Part shown: one piece after another, positions 38,337-51,455 of the stretch
Position numbering within the stretch: the first letter of the stretch is position 1
How the letters are laid out: each line of letters starts with the position of its first letter
Assembly: GCA_951406725.2 (NCBI GenBank)
Contig: OX597821.1
Coordinates: forward strand, 33,604,001 to 33,668,000
Direction: 5' to 3'
From: Octopus vulgaris
Taxonomy: Eukaryota
DNA length: 64,000 nucleotides
Program-made: the position numbers and the translations under genes
The notes under the pieces: model-generated
Database searches by the model: none
Seen by the model: the letters and a program-made list of their open reading frames with translations, nothing else
Told to the model about the DNA's origin: nothing

Positions 38337-38626
38337 TCTTTATATATAAAATTCAAGTTGTGTGTGTGAGACTCAGTCTCCTCCGATTTAGATTCCTAAC
38401 TACTCCATTTTGCGGTGCATTTTAACCAAAAGCGGGTATCTTATAGTCGTTATTCATATCGAGCCCTTCTGGGTAGCGTGTGTCTACGATGTAAAAAAAA
38501 ATTTACCATAAATTTTCTGCATTTTTAATGATTTTTGCTTGGGTTATATAAGGGAAGTAACTCTCTAAAAATGCTTATATAGTTATTTCCCTTACAAACC
38601 CGAGCAACGCCGGGCGATACTGCTAG
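38337..38626 (+). mobile_element. non-autonomous Helitron (deleted copy of 6747-7252) inside an RTE remnant (~38250-38870)
   Basis: A|TC...cccgagcaacgccgggcgatactgCTAG|T; RTE sequence gagagaaa|ttggatataagaagcatcag resumes across it. Confidence 0.85.
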
Positions 38627-40929
38627 TTGGATATAAGAAGCATCAGATGTAGTTTGCAAGAGGGGACTATGCTAGTATGGTTATATGATGCGTATGAATA
38701 AAGACAGCTGCATAAAGAAGTGTCGGTCTCTAAATGTAAAGGGAACTTGTGGAAGTCAAAGGCCCAGGAAGACATGAGATGAAGTGGTGAGAAATGATCT
38801 TCAGGTAATTGAGTCTCACAGAGTAGATGATGAAATATTGAGATAAATGGCAAGATGCTGGAGAAAACCTACCCAGCGAAGTAAAATGCATATTCATGAG
38901 TCCCCTCTCTCCCAACCCACCCATGCTCACCACTGCTGTTTCCCTACTTCTCCATTCTCCCTCATGTGTTTACCAGCCTACCTGCACACAATATACTCCT
39001 GTTAAATCCCTTCCCTTCACCTCCAGCTTTCACTCTCCTTTTGAAATTCTGTGAACCCACTCACCTATACACCCCCTTGAATCCCTAGTTCACTCACCTT
39101 ATACACCATCCTGTAATTTGGATATACAGCTTCTGCCCCCACTTTGTCACATCTTCACCACCTTTCTCTCTTCTTTTCTCCATCAAAGGAAGCCATCTCT
39201 CTTCTAACACAAGGCACCTTTCTCTCCCTCTATATTTACCCATAACCAGTTGATGACCTTACTGCTGCTGGTGTCATGTGAAAAGGCCCCAGTACATTCT
39301 GTTAAATGGTTGACATTAGGAAGGGCATCCAGCCATAGAAACCAGGCCAAAACTATCAAGGATATTCAAAATGTGACTATTCTAGTGTTTTGACCATCTC
39401 AATCCTGTTTTTGGAAACATCCTGTGCCTGTCCCACCTTTGAAAATCCCTTGTTGGTTTGTTTATCTCCTGATAACTTAATGATTCAAAAAGTGACTGAT
39501 TCAAAAAGTGACTGATAGAATAAGTACTAGGTACATGGACTCACTCTCTCTGCCAAATTGACATGGGTACAGTATGCTACATGGTCGAGGTGATTGCAGA
39601 GCAATATGAAATGAAGTGTTTTGCTCAAGAATGCAATGCACCATTTGGTCCAGGAATTGAAACCGTGATTTTGTGATTGGCATGAAACATCGTAACCACT
39701 AGGCCATGCATCCTTAGCAAAAGACAAGATGGGAAAACTTGGAATGTGAGATGGTTACAGTTAGACTGACTACTTTTCAAAAAGAAATAAATAAATAAGA
39801 CGAGCACTCAGTACAAACCTTTGTCAAGGCAACACCAACATCCTTTCAACGATTAGCCAGAGGTGATTTTTAAAATGAGAATATCTGAAATAAACCCAAC
39901 TGCTCTTACAAATGAGAATACTAAAAATGAACCTGACCGCTCTCAAAAATTAAGTAAAAAAACAGGAAAAATAATTCAGAATCTTTGTATGGTTCCAGGT
40001 CAACCCCAAAATCTAATCAGTTTGTGCCAGACATGAGGCCAAACAAGTTTCATTTGAATCCATCCGGCGGTTCTTGAGAAATCTTGTCCATGGACAAACA
40101 AACAAACAAACCTCCTTAGCAAAGGCAGAGATAATAGAACGAAAGACTGATCATGGCTGGAACTCTTAAATATAGATGGGATAGTTGTATTTGGAATGCT
40201 TTTGAAGGAAGGTCAGACATTCAGAAAGATACATATTTTTGTGCATCTGTGCACTGACATCCATATACATGCTCAAATAAATCGGACACTTTGTTTTCCA
40301 TTTTGAAAATGTTTTTGTTTCAGTACAGTAAACTTTACATGCCATGTGTTCAAACAATAGATATTGTTTTTAATTATTCACAAGATGCACATCTTTTTTA
40401 AGTAGCAAACTCATCTGTGAAAGAAATCTGAAGATGCAATCATAAGTCAACAGTCTTGTAACCTTTTTTTAGCTTTGTAAACTGAGATTATATCTGATGA
40501 CAAAACAGACTGTTATTTTTATCGTTATACACTCAACTGAATAGATGTTCTGTGTGGTTGTCATTGACTTTTAATTGCTATCACGTTAAACATTAAGAGA
40601 ATAAAATAACTTAAACATAATGTAATTCTGATTTTTTTTTTATTCAAGCTATGAATACTGACCATAAAGCAAGCTATTATGTTTAAAAGAATTTTATTAG
40701 GTTATTGTCTGTTCAAGAAAAAAAAAAAACACAGAATCATCATCATCAATCCTTGGACATTATTGTCTCGAGTTCTATGACTCACATGGCTGATGACCTG
40801 GTTTCCATGACGTTTAAATGACAGATCACAGCATTCCTCTGAACTGGAATGCTAGTCTGTCTCAGGGTTGCCCATTTACAGATTAGTTGACTGGTAGGTA
40901 GTCCATCAGTGACCATCACTCAGCAATCA

Positions 40930-41320
40930 GAGTGGAAGTGACTCCCACAGTCCAAAGCTGGAAGCACACAGGCACTCACAGATGTCACAGCGATAGTCTG
41001 TTGACTGGATTGAGGCAGATGCTTCCGTATGTCACAGGGAAGCATCTGCCCCAACTTTGTCACGTCTTCTGCAGCGTCGAGACACTTGCCAGTTCTCTTC
41101 GAAGGCAACTACTGCTCGTAAAGCGAGAGACCTCCTCGCTGATCTGTCTGTGGCAGAGGCTTCAAGTTTATTGGTGTGAATGCTGGTTTTCATAGTATTT
41201 TTGTACTTCACTTTAGGTCTTCCTCGTTTGTGTGAGCTTGCTGTATAACAGCTGTCTGATAACATGGCTAGTCCAGTGTAGCTAAACCTTCAGCAACATT
41301 AACTGAATGCTTGGTGAACA
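40930..41320 (-). pseudogene. RTE/BovB-like LINE 3' remnant
   Basis: RGRPKVKYKN...LEASATDRSA.R...AFEE followed by a decayed Cys knuckle (PCDIRKH). Confidence 0.6.
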
Positions 41321-41333
41321 AGCTCTGTCCAGT

Positions 41334-41650
41334 GTGGAGGCACATGGCCTAGTGGTTAGAGCAGTGGACTCGCGGTCGAGGGATCGCGGGTTCAAATTGC
41401 AGACCAGACAATGTGTGTGTTTATGAGCGAAACACCTAAGCTCCACGCGGCTCCGGCAGAAGGTAATGGCAAAACTTCTGCTGACTCTTTTGCCACAACT
41501 TTCTCTCACTCTTCCCTCCTGCATCTTGCAGCTCATCTGCGACGGACCGGTGTCCTGTCCAAGTGGGGAACCTATGCGCCAAGGAAACCGGGAAACCGGC
41601 CCTTATGAGCCAGGCATGGCACGAGAAGGAACAAACAACAACAAAGAAAA
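41334..41650 (+). mobile_element. full-length family D tRNA-derived SINE
   Basis: perfect 14-bp TSD aagctctgtccagt; A box tggcctagtggtt, B box ggttcaaat; (AAC)n tail. Confidence 0.92.
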
Positions 41651-43153
41651 AAGCTCTGTCCAGTACTTCTTGGTTTGTCACACTGTCTTGCTAACAAATG
41701 CCTATAATTGTGAGTTGACTAGAGCAATGTGAAATGGAGCGTTTCACTCAAGAACACAACACACTCGCCAGTTCAGGAATAGAACCACAATCATGCATTC
41801 ATGAGTGCAACATCCTAACCACTAAGCCATGAACTTTCACTATGGTATTCTATCTTGATGCAAAAATAAATTAATTGAATAAAATTAAAAAAATAACATG
41901 GGGTGGATATAGACATCTTCAAAACAAAATAGGATCTTCCCCTGTCAAGGGTTCTAGATGAACCTACCTCAAAGCAAGAAACACAGATCAGGGTGCCAAC
42001 ATCAAACTCCCTCATTCACCAAATGCCACATATCAGAAATAGTGAAAGTGTAGTAAAGCTAATGGCAGTACTCCAGTATAACTGCAGTTCTTGAACTGAA
42101 ACTAGTAAAAGTAGAGTAAAAGATGTGGAGATAGATTTACAGATAAAGTTTCTTTGTCTCAAGTATTTGATATAATACATGGTTTTGATAAAGGATTAGA
42201 ATATGTACATGTGTACAAGAACAAAAGATTACATGCATAGCATGTGTGTGTGTGTGTAATTGCTATAAGTTGGTAACCTTCCTGAAGAGCCTGGTGAGTT
42301 ATGGAAACTGGTTTCATTTCATATTTCCTTATTCTTGCATCTAACAGGTTCCAACTGTTGTCAATGATATCAATAGCTCGGAGTGAGTGGGTTCCGACAG
42401 GTTTAATTTGCCTTCTTGATATGTTTCAAAAAGTCAGTCATCAATGGTTTGTTCAATAAGCCATTAAAGAATTTGAGATATTTTGTGTGTGTGTGTACTC
42501 AAGCTACTTTTGTGCTGTGTATTTCTATATTGTTAAATTTTCTTACCTACTTCAGTTTGAAGTGGTTACTATATAATGACTAATTATAAAGGAAAGACTA
42601 AAGTAAAATACCTTGGGATGTGTTCTGCATGAAAACCAAGTGGTAAGGTTGGTGCTAATGTACTTAATGTTGTGGATTAAGAATTGCAAATTAATTGCAA
42701 TTACACCCAAGGAGAAATAATTTTTGGCTTTAGTAATTAAATATAAAGCAAAATGGAAAAGAAAGTGAAAGGAGACAATTCCAACATTGTAGTTAAAGCA
42801 AGAAAAAAAAAAAAAAGCGGGGAGGAGATAGACAATCCCACCATTTTGGAATGTTGGCAGTATAATGGGAAATGATTCAAGATTCGGCCATCATCATCAT
42901 TATTCCATGCTGGTATGGACTGGAGAGGTTTTCCAAGACGGTGTTTCATGGCCAGATACCCTTTGTGTTGCGAATGCTTTTTTTAGTTGTCTCTTACAAC
43001 ACACAGGAATGTGGTGTACCTATTATAAGGCTGGGATAGGTGCATGCATTGCTGTGTAGTTGAGAAGTTTGCTCTCCAACCGAGTGCTTCGGAGTTCAGT
43101 CCTGTTGTGTGGTACCTTGGGCAAAGCCTTGTGAGTGGATTTGGTAGTAGGAT

Positions 43154-43544
43154 ACTCTTACTCTTTACTCTTTATTTGTTTCAGTCATTTGACTGCGGCC
43201 ATGCTGGAGCACCGCCTTTAGTCGAGCAAATCGACCCCAGAGCTTATTCTTTGTAAGCCTAGTACTTATTCTATTGGTCTCTTTTGCCGAACTGCTAAAT
43301 TACGAGGACGTGAACACACCAGCATCGGTTGTCAAGTGATGTTGAGGGGACAAACACAGAGAAGAATACGAACATACATATGACTTCTTCCAGTTTCCAT
43401 CTACCAAGTCTACTCACAAGGCTTTGGTCGGCCCGAGGCTATAGTAGAAGACATTTGCCCAAGGTGCCATGCATCAGGACTGAACCCGGGACCATGTGGT
43501 TGGTAAGCAAGCTACTTACCACACAGCCACTCCTACGCCTATAT
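43154..43544 (-). mobile_element. family A SINE
   Basis: ctcttttatttgtttcagtcatttgactgcggccatgctggagc...cacagccactcctacgcctat. Confidence 0.88.
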
Positions 43545-43717
43545 ATATCCATGATGTCAATATGTTTTTTCTTTCGTTTTTACACACTTGAAAGATCAGT
43601 CTGTAGTGAGAAACTGAACATCAACATCAGAAATAATTAACTTCAGGTGAACAAATAAACTCTATTACATGTACTGCATGTATTGAGCACTTCTTTTGTT
43701 TGCACATTCAAGCATGT

Positions 43718-43922
43718 GTGGAGGCACATGGCCTAGTGGTTAGAGCAGCGGACTCGTGGTCGAGGGATCACGGGTTCAAATCTCAGACCAGGTGATGTGT
43801 GTGTTTATTAGTGAAAACACCTAAGCTCCACGCGGCTCCGGCAGAAGGTAATGGTGAACTTCTGCTGACTCTTTCGCCACAACTTTCTCTCACTCTTTCC
43901 TTCCTGCATCTTGCAGCTCACC
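43718..43922 (+). mobile_element. family D SINE, 3'-truncated, abutting Tigger remnant
   Basis: same head as 41334. Confidence 0.85.
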
Positions 43923-44761
43923 TTCTCCTTACAGTATTTCTCTGCTGCTGGGATAAAATTATTGAAGAACCAATCTTCAAAAGCAACAATAGTAACCCAT
44001 GCTTTTGAATCAGCCATCCATATAACAGGGAGAGATGCCTTGGGTATTTTCTTCAGGGCACGGGGTTTGTGTGCATCATACACAAGCAATGACTTTAATT
44101 TAAAATCTCTTGCATAGTCACCTCCTAACATAATGGTCACACGTTCTTTTGAGACCTTGTAGCCTGGAATAGTTTTCTCCTCCTTGGAAATGAATGAACG
44201 GTCTGGCAATTTTTTCCAATACAATCTAGTTTTGTCTATGTTAAAAATATGTTCGGGAAGAAACCTGTTTTCTTTGATGATTTTCTTTATTGCATTAGGA
44301 AATTCTGATGCACTTTCACCTTGCTTCTTAATGGAGTGATAGCTTCTTCACTCCTTAAATCTTATGAACCATCCTTGACTTGCCTTGAACTCTACATCTT
44401 TCTCATCTGGATATTTTTCTTCAAGTCTTCAAACAAAGGCAATGCTTTCTCTTGAATGATTTCTTGACTAATAGTTAGCACACTAACAATTCAAAGAGAA
44501 AGAAGACTTTCCATTTCTTCAAAGATTTTGCCTCTTATTGATGATAGTGTTCTTCATCCCTGGGGCTTCAGATTTGATATGTGCTAAAATCTTGTCCATA
44601 TTACGTACAATTGTTGATAAAGTTGTCCGACTCCTCCCAAAAGATAATGCAATTGCTACCACTTTTTCACCTTTTTCATGGTGGTTTATCATGGCCAGTT
44701 TATCTTCCAGCATTATAGCATGATGCTTAGCACTTTCACTATGAATTTTCTTAGGAGCCAT
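43921..44761 (-). pseudogene. Tigger/pogo (TIGD1/CENP-B-like) transposase pseudogene
   Basis: MAPKK...ITLEDK-like psq HTH (KGEKVVAIALSFGRSRTTLSTIVRNMDKI) and DDE_1 region YWKKLPDRSFISKEEKTIPGYKVSKERVTIMLGG..DFKLK..KPRALK...LPVIW..SKAWVT..FEDWF; frameshifted and truncated. Confidence 0.9.
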
Positions 44762-46537
44762 GGGGGCAAAAATTAAAGTCACAAATGAATGAGAAAGTAG
44801 CTGACAAACAGACATAAACAAATCTGAATTCAAAACAAACCTGGGAATCACGAGTGACAATGACCCCTAATAGTAGATATTGGAACTATCCTGCAATATG
44901 AGCTCCAAAACACCGATAAGTAAGACAACACAGCTGATTTCATGATTTCGTTCACTAAGCTACACTATGGTGTGTAATTTAACATTTACTGTACATATTT
45001 TAATTTTTATATGCTTTTATTCTTATTTATTGTACAGTTACAGGATTTTATGTGCTTTTAACGGTTTTCTAGTGATTTTACAATTCCAGTATTTGTGGCA
45101 GACAGATGCAAAGTCAAGTAAAATGACTTGACTTGATTTTTATTTTTCCATATATTAATCATGAAAACTGACATATAATGGAAAACGACTTATGCCAAAG
45201 TATGCTTGTATGTATGTATGTATGTGTATATATATGTATATACATATATATATATATATATGTACATACTTACATCTATATGTATATATACATGCATATG
45301 TGGGCACAGGATGTCACGAAACGTGTACAACAAAAAATACAAAGTGCGAGTAAATGGAATATGAACTATTTTTTGAACAATGAAAGGCACAAATGGAAAA
45401 CATTACAAACAACACAAAGAATGACCCTTCATCAGTTGTTAGCTGTGTCTCTACTCTCATGTTTTGAGCATTTAGCAAGATATGCTTTCAATAAAACAGT
45501 TGCTCCTCCAGCAAAGCAAATTAAATAAACTTTGAGATTTTGCGGAGGGTCAAAATAGGTAACACAAACAAGACAGTGAAAACAAACATGAAGAGCTGCT
45601 ATGCCTAAACGAGGTTGTGGTGGCGAATGCGTAAATCAAGCTTGGACAGGAGACAGACAAGAACACATCTTCCTTGATCCAGCTACAACAAAGTATATAG
45701 ACACATTCACACACACACACACACGAGTATTTAATAGAGTTATTTTCTTTAGACAAGTTGTATTCTCATCAATCAGAGTTTGTTTGTTTATGATGGAGAA
45801 GGTGAAGATCATTAGAAAATATTTTTGTTTTAAAACTTGACCTGTGTTGAGGTGAGTTTCCAGCAGATTTTTGTAATTAAACTTGGTTATTGTTTAACTT
45901 AGGTTGGCTTTCGCTCAGCAAAGGCATCATCTATATATGGTTTCGGTCGTGGCCATTCTGTTTTGCTTCTTTTTATCAAACATATTGTATCCAGAATGTT
46001 TACTCATCATGTCTTTTTTGTTTTTTTAAGATGCTATTGTGTGGTTTCAGGAAAATTTGTCTGTTAATCCTGCTAAGTGATGTGTTTATATAGACGTTTC
46101 AACATTTATGTAACACATTTTTATATGCACACACATACACACACACACACACACACATACACTAGGGGATTTCCAGAAGTTTTGAGACTTTTCTTGGAGA
46201 CACTGTTATAACTGTCCTAGATTTATACATTTTTATACCTAATAAGCTGACCTGCCAACTTTGTATCCCAGATTGAAAAAGAGAGCTGTAACAGAACTTT
46301 GAAGACACCCTGCTGCTTGTTACAGTTCCATCCAGGAACAGTTTTAATACTTGATGGGCAATAAAACTGTCCCTCACCTTCCCTACATCAATCTGAACTG
46401 ATATTTACTTTATTGACCTTAAATGGAGGAAAGGTAAAGTCAATCTTGGTGGAACTCAGTACATAAAAATAGAAGAAATACTCTGAAACATTTTCTCTAA
46501 TGATTCTGCTAGCTTGCCACCTTATGTAATAATAATT

Positions 46538-46570
<33 letters not shown>

Positions 46571-46769
46571 CTTTCTAGTAATAGTAATAATAATAATGAT
46601 GATGAGAATAATTATTTCTAATAATTATAAAAATTGTTCTTGACGTTGGCATGAGGCAGCTTTATTCAAGGAGAGGGTATTGTTAATTAAATTAACTCTA
46701 GTATTTAATGAATGCTATTTTATTTCTTCTTGAAAATCAAAATCGTTCAACATCAATGGAAATTGTAGC

Positions 46770-46955
46770 TGTAATACCAGTGCCGGTGGCACGTAAGAGA
46801 ACCATCCGAACGTGGCCATTGCCAGCGCCGCCCCGACTGGCCTCTGTGCCAATGGCATGTAAAAAGCACCATCCGATTGTGGCCGTTGCCAGCCTCATCT
46901 GGCCCCCGTGCCGGTGGCATGTAAGAAGCACCATCCTATCGTGGCCATTTGCCAG
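46770..46955 (+). mobile_element. isolated RTE 3'-UTR internal repeat block
   Basis: three units of gtgccggtggcacgtaa(a/g)aagcaccatcc. Confidence 0.7.
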
Positions 46956-47889
46956 TTCAGTTGGTCTCAGTTATGGTTCCAACTGGTTTTTATGGCTGGA
47001 AAAAAATCAGACATAGGGCTTGTTTCTGCCAATTAGCAAACTGTAAACACAGAACCATATGGCCACCTTCTCTAGCATCTTACAAGGATGTTGTCAAATG
47101 AAATCACTCTTGCTAAGGCATACTCACTGGTTCAAAGATTTAAAAACATGTAGAAAAAGAAAAAATTATAACCATGCACTTGCAGCTGATCCTTTAAGAT
47201 CTGGCCTTGGTCTTTCTGGGACTGGCTTCAAGTAGTTACAAACATAACATGTTGTTTTTTTTTGTTTATTTTTTTTCACAGTTTATTCTCTGATAGTGTC
47301 ACCATTTTGTCCTTGTTGACTGTCCTTATGTCAATGGTCAAAGTTGCTATAAAATTAGGCTCTATTACTGTGAATTTAAGTGAAGAGAATACTACTATTT
47401 TGAGGTGTGTGTGTTGGTGGGGTGGGGGAGAAAATGCAATTAGAATAATTTATTCATTGCTTGTTTTTATATTTTTTAATGATTGTTATTTTTAGTTAGT
47501 CATGCTTCTCTTGCGGTTTTTAAGCTGTTGTTTCTTGTACATTTACCACCAGACTCCACTTCATCTTTAGTACAACAGTCCAGTGTGAGTGTGTTTGTAT
47601 GTATGTGAGTGTGTGTGTATGTGAGTGCTTGTGTGTTTGTATGCATGTATGTATATATATATATATGTATGTGTGTGTGTATGTATGAAGGTGAGAGCTA
47701 TTAGAGATGAAGTGTACTGTTTGTCATAGACACATATGTGTAATAAAAAAATTAATTAAGTGAGCAAATCAAATTAATTACTCTTAACTTAGTACTTTGT
47801 TCTTCTTGCTTATGTCAACTGATGCTTGTTGTCCTCACTTTAGCCCCAAGTCAGGTCTGAGAGAACACTGACAAATACACTTATTATCA

Positions 47890-48267
47890 ATAGGCGCAGG
47901 AGTGGCTGTGTGGTAAGTAGCTTGCTTACCAACCACATGGTTCCGGGTTCAGTCTCACTGCGTGGCACCTTGGGCAAGTGTCTTCTACTATTGCCTCGGG
48001 CCGACCAAAGCCTTGTGAGTGGATTTGGTAGACGGAAACTGAAAGAAGCCCGTCGTATATATGTATATATATGAGTGTGTGTCTGTGCTTGACAACCGAT
48101 GCTGGTGTGTTTACGTTGCCGCAACTTAGCGGTTCAGCAAAAGAGACCGATACAATAAGTACTAGGCTTACAAAGAATAAGTCCTGGGGGCCGATTTCCT
48201 CGACTAAAGGCGGTGCTCCAGCATGGCCGCAGTCAAATGACTGAAACAAGTAAAAGAGTAAAAGAGC
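47890..48267 (+). mobile_element. young full-length family A SINE
   Basis: CpG-intact, near-identical to 20107-20512. Confidence 0.92.
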
Positions 48268-49388
48268 CACACCATCTTCTTTCCCTGGAATAAATTTCCC
48301 TGGACAGCATTATCTAATATGATCGATCTTTTATAGGAATTGTTGTTTTTGAGTGTTTTTTTTTAGCCCAAAGTCAGCTTTGATCAGGCTTACCTGTGAT
48401 AAACTGTGTTCCACTCACTTTCTTTGTAAGCCTAGTACTTATTCTATCGGTCTCTCTTGCTGAACCGCTAAGTGACGGGGATGTAAACGCACCAGCATCG
48501 GTTGTCAAGCGATGTCGAGGAATTCTGTTAAGGTCAACTTTGCTTTTCCTCCTTTTAGGGTCACTGAAATAAGTACCACTCAAAGTACTGAGGTTGATGA
48601 AATTAACAACCCCCCCCTCTTACAAAATTCAGGCTTTATGCTTATAGTCGGAAGAAATGTTGCTATTGATACACCTGTGAAAATTAAAAGGAAATATAAA
48701 AGGAGAAAGGGGCTCTCTACCCCCTTTATGACCAGGCTCCCGTGGCTTTTATGGCTTTTTCCATGAGTAACCTTTTGAAGCGCCTCCCCCTATTGGGAGT
48801 TTTAATTATTACTTACATTTCGTTGTTATCCTGCTTTTGTACACGGACTTTTTCAAACGGACAAAACCCTTTGTAACTATTGTCTTGTGTTTTGTCCCTT
48901 TATGTTTTAATTGATTTTTGTTAGCACTTGTGGCCAATAAACGAACAAATTATTATTATTATTTAGGTGATGGTGGTGAGCTGGTAGAATCGTTAGCACG
49001 TTAGGCAAAATGTTTCGTGACATTTCATCCATCTGTACATTCTGGTTGGGTGGGTAGGTAGGTAGGTAGGTCAGTTACATTGACCTCCAGTTTCAACTGG
49101 TTCTTATTTTATTGACCTTGAAAGTGTGTAAAGCAAAGTGGACCATGGTGGAATTTGAACTCAGAATGTACAGATGGATGAAATGTCACGAAACATTTTG
49201 CCTAACGTGCTACTTAGTAATAAATAGATGCCCATAGAGAAATGCAATTCAAAACGTATTACTCCAAAATTTATGATTACTAGTGTATGACTTTTACTCC
49301 AAAACTTATGATTACTAGTGTATGACTTGTTTTACGCCTGGGATAAGTAATACTTAGTATCATTGAAATATAGATATGTATAAGTGGT

Positions 49389-49690
49389 GTGGAGGCTCAA
49401 TGGCCCAGTGGTTAGGGCAGCGGACTTGCGGTCAGATGATCACGGTTTTGATTCTCAGACCGGGTGTTGTGTGTGTTTATTGAGCGAAAACACCTAAAAG
49501 CTTCACAAGGCTCCGGCAGGGGTAGGTGGCGACCCCTGTTGTACTCTTTCGCCACAACTTTCTCTCACTCTCTCTTCCTGTTTCTTGAGTAACGCTGTGA
49601 TGGACTGACGTCCCGTCCAGCTGGGGGTAACACATACGCCACGGAAACCGGGCCCATGAGCCTGGCTAGGCTTGAAAAGGGTGAAAAAAA
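49389..49690 (+). mobile_element. family D-related tRNA SINE
   Basis: gtggaggctcaatggcccagtggttagggc head; ccacaactttctctcactc and ggaaaccgggcccatgagcc shared with family D. Confidence 0.8.
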
Positions 49691-51234
49691 AATATACAAG
49701 TGATACAAGTGAACTTAATGTGTTTAAAGATTGATTTGAGAAATGTGTGTATGTGTACATACATTCATTCATATATACAAACATACATACATATAGAATG
49801 AGTGAGTGAGAGAGATAGAGAGTGGGGAATTGCAAATTGAACCAGAAGTTGTGTATGTTACAGATGGACAGATTTGACAAAAATTATTGCAATTTCCAAA
49901 ATTTATATAAATCTTGGGCTTCTATAATATGAATTACTTATTTAATGAAATTTTTTTTGTTTTGTTTGTTTTTGAGTTGTGATTAATATTCTAACAAAAC
50001 TAAATTAAAAGCATGTATTGAATATGTTTTGTTTTACATTGACTTGCAGTTTTCATAGCATTAAGTGGAAGAGATATTTCATACCTCTGAGACTTTAGTA
50101 GATTCTGTCATTAAAGGGATTGTAGGTCAGAATTGTTAAATCAATAAAACAACTGTCATGTATGCTGTCTGTTAGTGAAATTTTAGTTTTGAATTGCATT
50201 TCTCTATGGGCATCTATTTATTACTAAGTAGATTTGAATAATTGGATTTTAATTAAAGCATTTAATTCAGTTCTCGACCATTGTTTTTATTTATTTATTT
50301 ATTTTTTTTGTATGAGAAAGGCAGACACAGGGTCAACTTTATAAATAAATTCTTTATAAAAATAAAGAGTTGTAATGTTTTTTTTTTTGCTGAACCGCTA
50401 AGTTACAGGGACGTAAACACACCAGCACCAGTTGTCAAGCGATGTTGGGCGGGGGAACAAACACAGACACACAAACATACACACACACACACACTCACAT
50501 ATATACATATATATATATACAATGAGCTTCTTTCAGTTTCTGTCAACCAAATCCACTCACAAGGCTTTGGTCAGCCTGAGGGTATAGTAGAAGCCCGAGG
50601 TGCCACGCAGTGGGACGGAACCTGGAACCATGAGGCTGGTAAGCAAGCTACTTACCACACAGCCACTCCTACTTGTAAATTTAAAATAGATCATTAGTTT
50701 TATAGTGTTCTGTAATTCACATTAATAACCTAAAACCTACCACATATCCCTGAGAGAATTAGCAGTTCAAATGAAGGGAAACAAATGGTTTCAGCTAGAC
50801 TGCAGAATGGAACTCAGTTTTCTTTAAGGTAAAAAATAATGCAAGTAATGTTCAAGGGAAAGGACAAGATTGGTATGGAAAATGTAGTTTGTAGGAGAAA
50901 GATAGTTTGGTGTACTAAGTGATTCTGATGAAAGGAGTATGTGGAAGAAGACTGGAAAGAAGTGGCCAAGGTCGAATGGATGGTGGTGGTTGAGTCTCAT
51001 GAAGGAAACCACATAAAATGGTAATACACGGTGCTGGAGAAGACCCATCCTCTCTGTGCAAGCATGGTAGAAAAATGAATGTAAAATGATACTGGTAAGG
51101 ATGATAAAAAAAAATAAAGAATTGTTTCAGATGTTTGGCACAAGGCCAGCAATTTTAGACTGAGTGACATCGTTGATTTCATTGCCACCTATACTTGACT
51201 GGTACTCTATTTTATCGACTCCATAATGGATTAA

Positions 51235-51455
51235 CCCTTTCGTTACCAACCTGGCTAAAACCGGCTCTGGCTCTAAGTACAAATGTCTAATTTTCATAAG
51301 TTTTGAATTAAAATCTTCCACCAAACCTTAGACACAATTTATGTTCCTAACACTAGCTGAATGATCACTAAGTTATTTTACTAAATTCTTTGTTATATTT
51401 AAGATTAATTGAAAGAAAAATAGAGTATCTCAAAATAAATACAGTAATGAAAGGG
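51235..51455. mobile_element. piggyBac-like MITE, second family, inside a family B SINE
   Basis: TTAA|ccctttcgttacc ... gtaatgaaaggg|TTAA. Confidence 0.85.

Noticed and set aside
41334-41410. tRNA gene (also 463, 43718, 49389, 62755)
   Set aside because: tRNA-like heads continue into SINE bodies with tails and TSDs; no complete cloverleaf
43808-44860. Domesticated TIGD gene
   Set aside because: Frameshifts and stops between HTH and DDE parts, and truncation by a SINE before the end of the catalytic domain
45295-45720. Hammerhead core CTGATGA on minus strand (~45430) in an unclassified repeat-like segment
   Set aside because: No stem II/GAAA follows; the element cannot be classified from sequence alone
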